From: the human T2T-CHM13v2.0 reference genome, Homo sapiens
Direction: 5' to 3' (one strand)
Assembly (NCBI RefSeq): GCF_009914755.1
Contig: NC_060929.1
DNA: 64,000 bases
This document shows, in pieces, positions 61,341 through 64,000 of the stretch (position 1 is the stretch's first letter; each line of letters begins with the position of its first letter). The position numbers and the translations under genes were made by a program. The notes beneath the pieces are model-generated. The model saw only the letters and a list, made by a program, of their open reading frames with translations. It made no database searches and was not told where the DNA came from.

Positions 61341-63607
61341 CAAATGTGCAAATTCTTGGTTCAAGTGCAAGTCCTTTACATTTCAAGTTCATGCATACTG
61401 TTATTTTTTATTAATTAGTAGAAAGGTTTTTGACAATTTTACTTCATAAAATATTTTTTCTCCCAGTTTTGCTTGCACGTAGTAACACTATTCTCTTCAG
61501 ACTGCAAATGAGATATCTCCAGGGGAAATGGTTATTGGCTAGTCTAGAATTCTGCAGTAAATATTCAGAGCAATAAATTATCTTGTAAAGAACACTGAAC
61601 CACACTTGGTCTTAAATTCCTCAATCAGTTAAAATGAGAGAAATGGATTTTCTGACCTTTGAGATTCATATAGGAGCATGGCTGTGCCTATAGCCAGAAT
61701 CTGAATAGGTAAGATAATACGAATAAATGGTACTTGGGAGAATCCACCATATAGTTTGCAACTGAGTGTGATGGTATGCTTAAACCTGTTAAATTAAAAT
61801 TCTTAAAAATCCATTAGTGAGTTAAAAGACAGGGTGAAGAACAACTAATTATGTGAGCAAATATTCTATAGAAGGAGATGTTACAAATATCAGGGAGAAG
61901 AGAAATGATAGATGCGGTTTATTACATATGCATAGCCAAAAGAGAGCAAAGGACTTGCTGACTGATACACACAAATCATGTTTGTTACTCTAACAAGTAT
62001 TTTTCTTAACGAGCCAGATTTTCCTATTGTTTAAATTGTTTCCTTAATTCTTCCAAGCGATTGGAGTGCTATGCCCTGGAGTATCAAAACTGCCTTTAAT
62101 GTTACCCTGATGTCCCAAATGTTATACTTCCAAAAGCGTAGTTGAGGCAGTTGAGAAGATCTGGCTCAATTTAATGTTCAATTTTAAGTACCAGGGGCTT
62201 TTGCATGATATCTTATTCTCTCCCTGGAGGATTATATTAATTGGAACAGGAACACTGAAGTGGTAACACACTTAGCATTATTTATCTCTGCATTAGGGAC
62301 ACTAAGGACCTATTTAGCTGGTGGGAGAATCAGAAGCATCATTTTCAGTTCCTAAAGAAATCAAGTTTTATCCCTAATCCTTTGCATGTCTCACCAAGCC
62401 CCTCTCTTGCCTTATTGAACTATTCACTTTCTCAAAGGAACACTAAGAATTAATAACAAATATGCATATTGTCCAAAGGGACCAGCATTTTGTCTACTTC
62501 TAGACTTCCTAATTTTTTAGATTTGCTGACTGTAGCATAAGTTTGATTATTTATTCTTTCATATTTTTGTTGTTGCTGCTGCCGTTGTTGAACATCAAGG
62601 CAATTTCATAATGTTGACTTGAATACTTTCTTCTGATGACCTAAGATTTTTATTTCAGTACATCTACTCAGAGTTGCTATAGATCAAGTTTAAAACAAAT
62701 CTATCATATCTATCATAATGTTATAAAATACATGTCCTTCAAATTTATTTTTTTCTCAGATTTTGTGTGTGTTTGTTTAAGTTTAACCTTAACTGGAGTT
62801 TCCCTTTAGAGCTTGCTTTGTTGGCCTTAAAAATGTATTCTTTATGTTTAAAGATTTTAGAGATACTTACTATATAGAGGAATTGAAAGGAAATATCAAT
62901 GATAACCTATTAAAATGCATTTAAATAGACTTCCACACATTTTTATCTGTACTCCTCCTTTCAAGAATAGAAAAGAGCAGATCATTTGCATTTCTTCTTC
63001 CTCACTTTCATCCCTGAGAGTGGCCATCACAAAACTTGTATTTTCATACATTAAACCAACATTTATTTTACAAACCATTTTTTTCTTTCATCTGTCTTAT
63101 TTTTTGTATTATAAATAATGCATACTCATGTATGCATTGTACAAGCTGCTGAATTACATGAATTCCTGAAAGTACACAAAAAGATGCAAAGAAAAAAACA
63201 ATAAAATATCTCACCTATATTTTTATTTCTCTGAGATACCTACTGTACCGTTTTGCATATTGTCAGTTGTCTTCTAAAATTTTTTGCATATATATTATGT
63301 TCACAAGACTTTTTATCAATTTGGTGTTACCTTTGGAGAACAGTGACAATTGACCACCAGGACGTGTCTATTATTCTAAATTTTAGATCTTTGAATGTTA
63401 TTTAAAAGACAAAGTGATCCATTGCATCATTATTTGCTGGAAAAGCTCAACTGAGGTCAGGGTCATCTCTGCATCAGGCTCCTGAGAACTTAAACTTGCA
63501 AGGGAGACATTGCTCCTAACCACTATTGCCTATAGACGGGCAGTTACAAGGGATAACTGCTTGTAGACATCAAAATGATTCAGTCTTCTCCAGAAAAGAA
63601 AAGCATT

Positions 63608-64000
63608 TAGTATAGTTTGGATATTTGTCCCCACCCAAATCTCACATTGAATTGTAATCCTCAATGCTAGAGGTGGGGCCTGGTGGGAGGTGTTTGGATC
63701 ATGGGGACACATCCCTCGTGGCTTGGCAATGCCTTCATGATAGTCATTTCTCAGAAGATCTGATCACTTAAAAGTGTGGCGCACCCCCTTACCCCACTCT
63801 CTGTTTCTCTTGTTCCTGCTCTGGCCATGTGACGTACCTGCTCCTGCTTTACCTTCTACCATGAGTAAAAGCTTCCTGAGGCCTCCCCAGAAGCAGCTGC
63901 TGGCACTATGCTTCCTGTGCAACCTGCAGAACTGTGAGCCAATTAGACCTCTTTCCTTTTCAGTTACCCAGTCTCATTTCTTTATAGCAGTGTAAGAATG
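63608..64000 (+). mobile_element. MSTA/MSTB-type MaLR LTR (runs to window edge)
   Basis: TATAGTTTGGATATTTGTCCCCACCCAAATCTCA...GGAGGTGTTTGGATCATGGGG...CTTTATAGCAGTGTAAGAATG. Confidence 0.9.

Overview
This is hominid (probably human) AT-rich, repeat-dense non-coding DNA, intronic or intergenic. I found no recognisable cellular protein-coding exon and no CpG island outside the L1 5'UTR. The ORF-track entries I could assign derive from L1, Tigger1 or Alu; the rest look like chance frames. Main content: the 3' part of a MER4-group ERV1 provirus with a MER41-type 3' LTR nested in an MST (MaLR) element; a full-length but disabled L1PA2-like LINE-1 (minus strand, 24023-30141) carrying a short 3' transduction; a near-full-length Tigger1; a 3'-truncated U4 snRNA pseudogene; about 13 Alus; several solo LTRs; and old L1/L2/MIR fragments. 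I see no evidence for a new multi-gene system. The most interesting signals are mechanistic retrotransposition footprints (L1 3' transduction, an Alu with a twin-priming-type 5' inversion, a candidate Alu-insertion-mediated deletion, an inverted LTR fragment), an intact GAS motif in the MER41 LTR, and a few candidate spliced non-coding exons. Subfamily names come from recalled consensus sequences and need RepeatMasker/Dfam confirmation.
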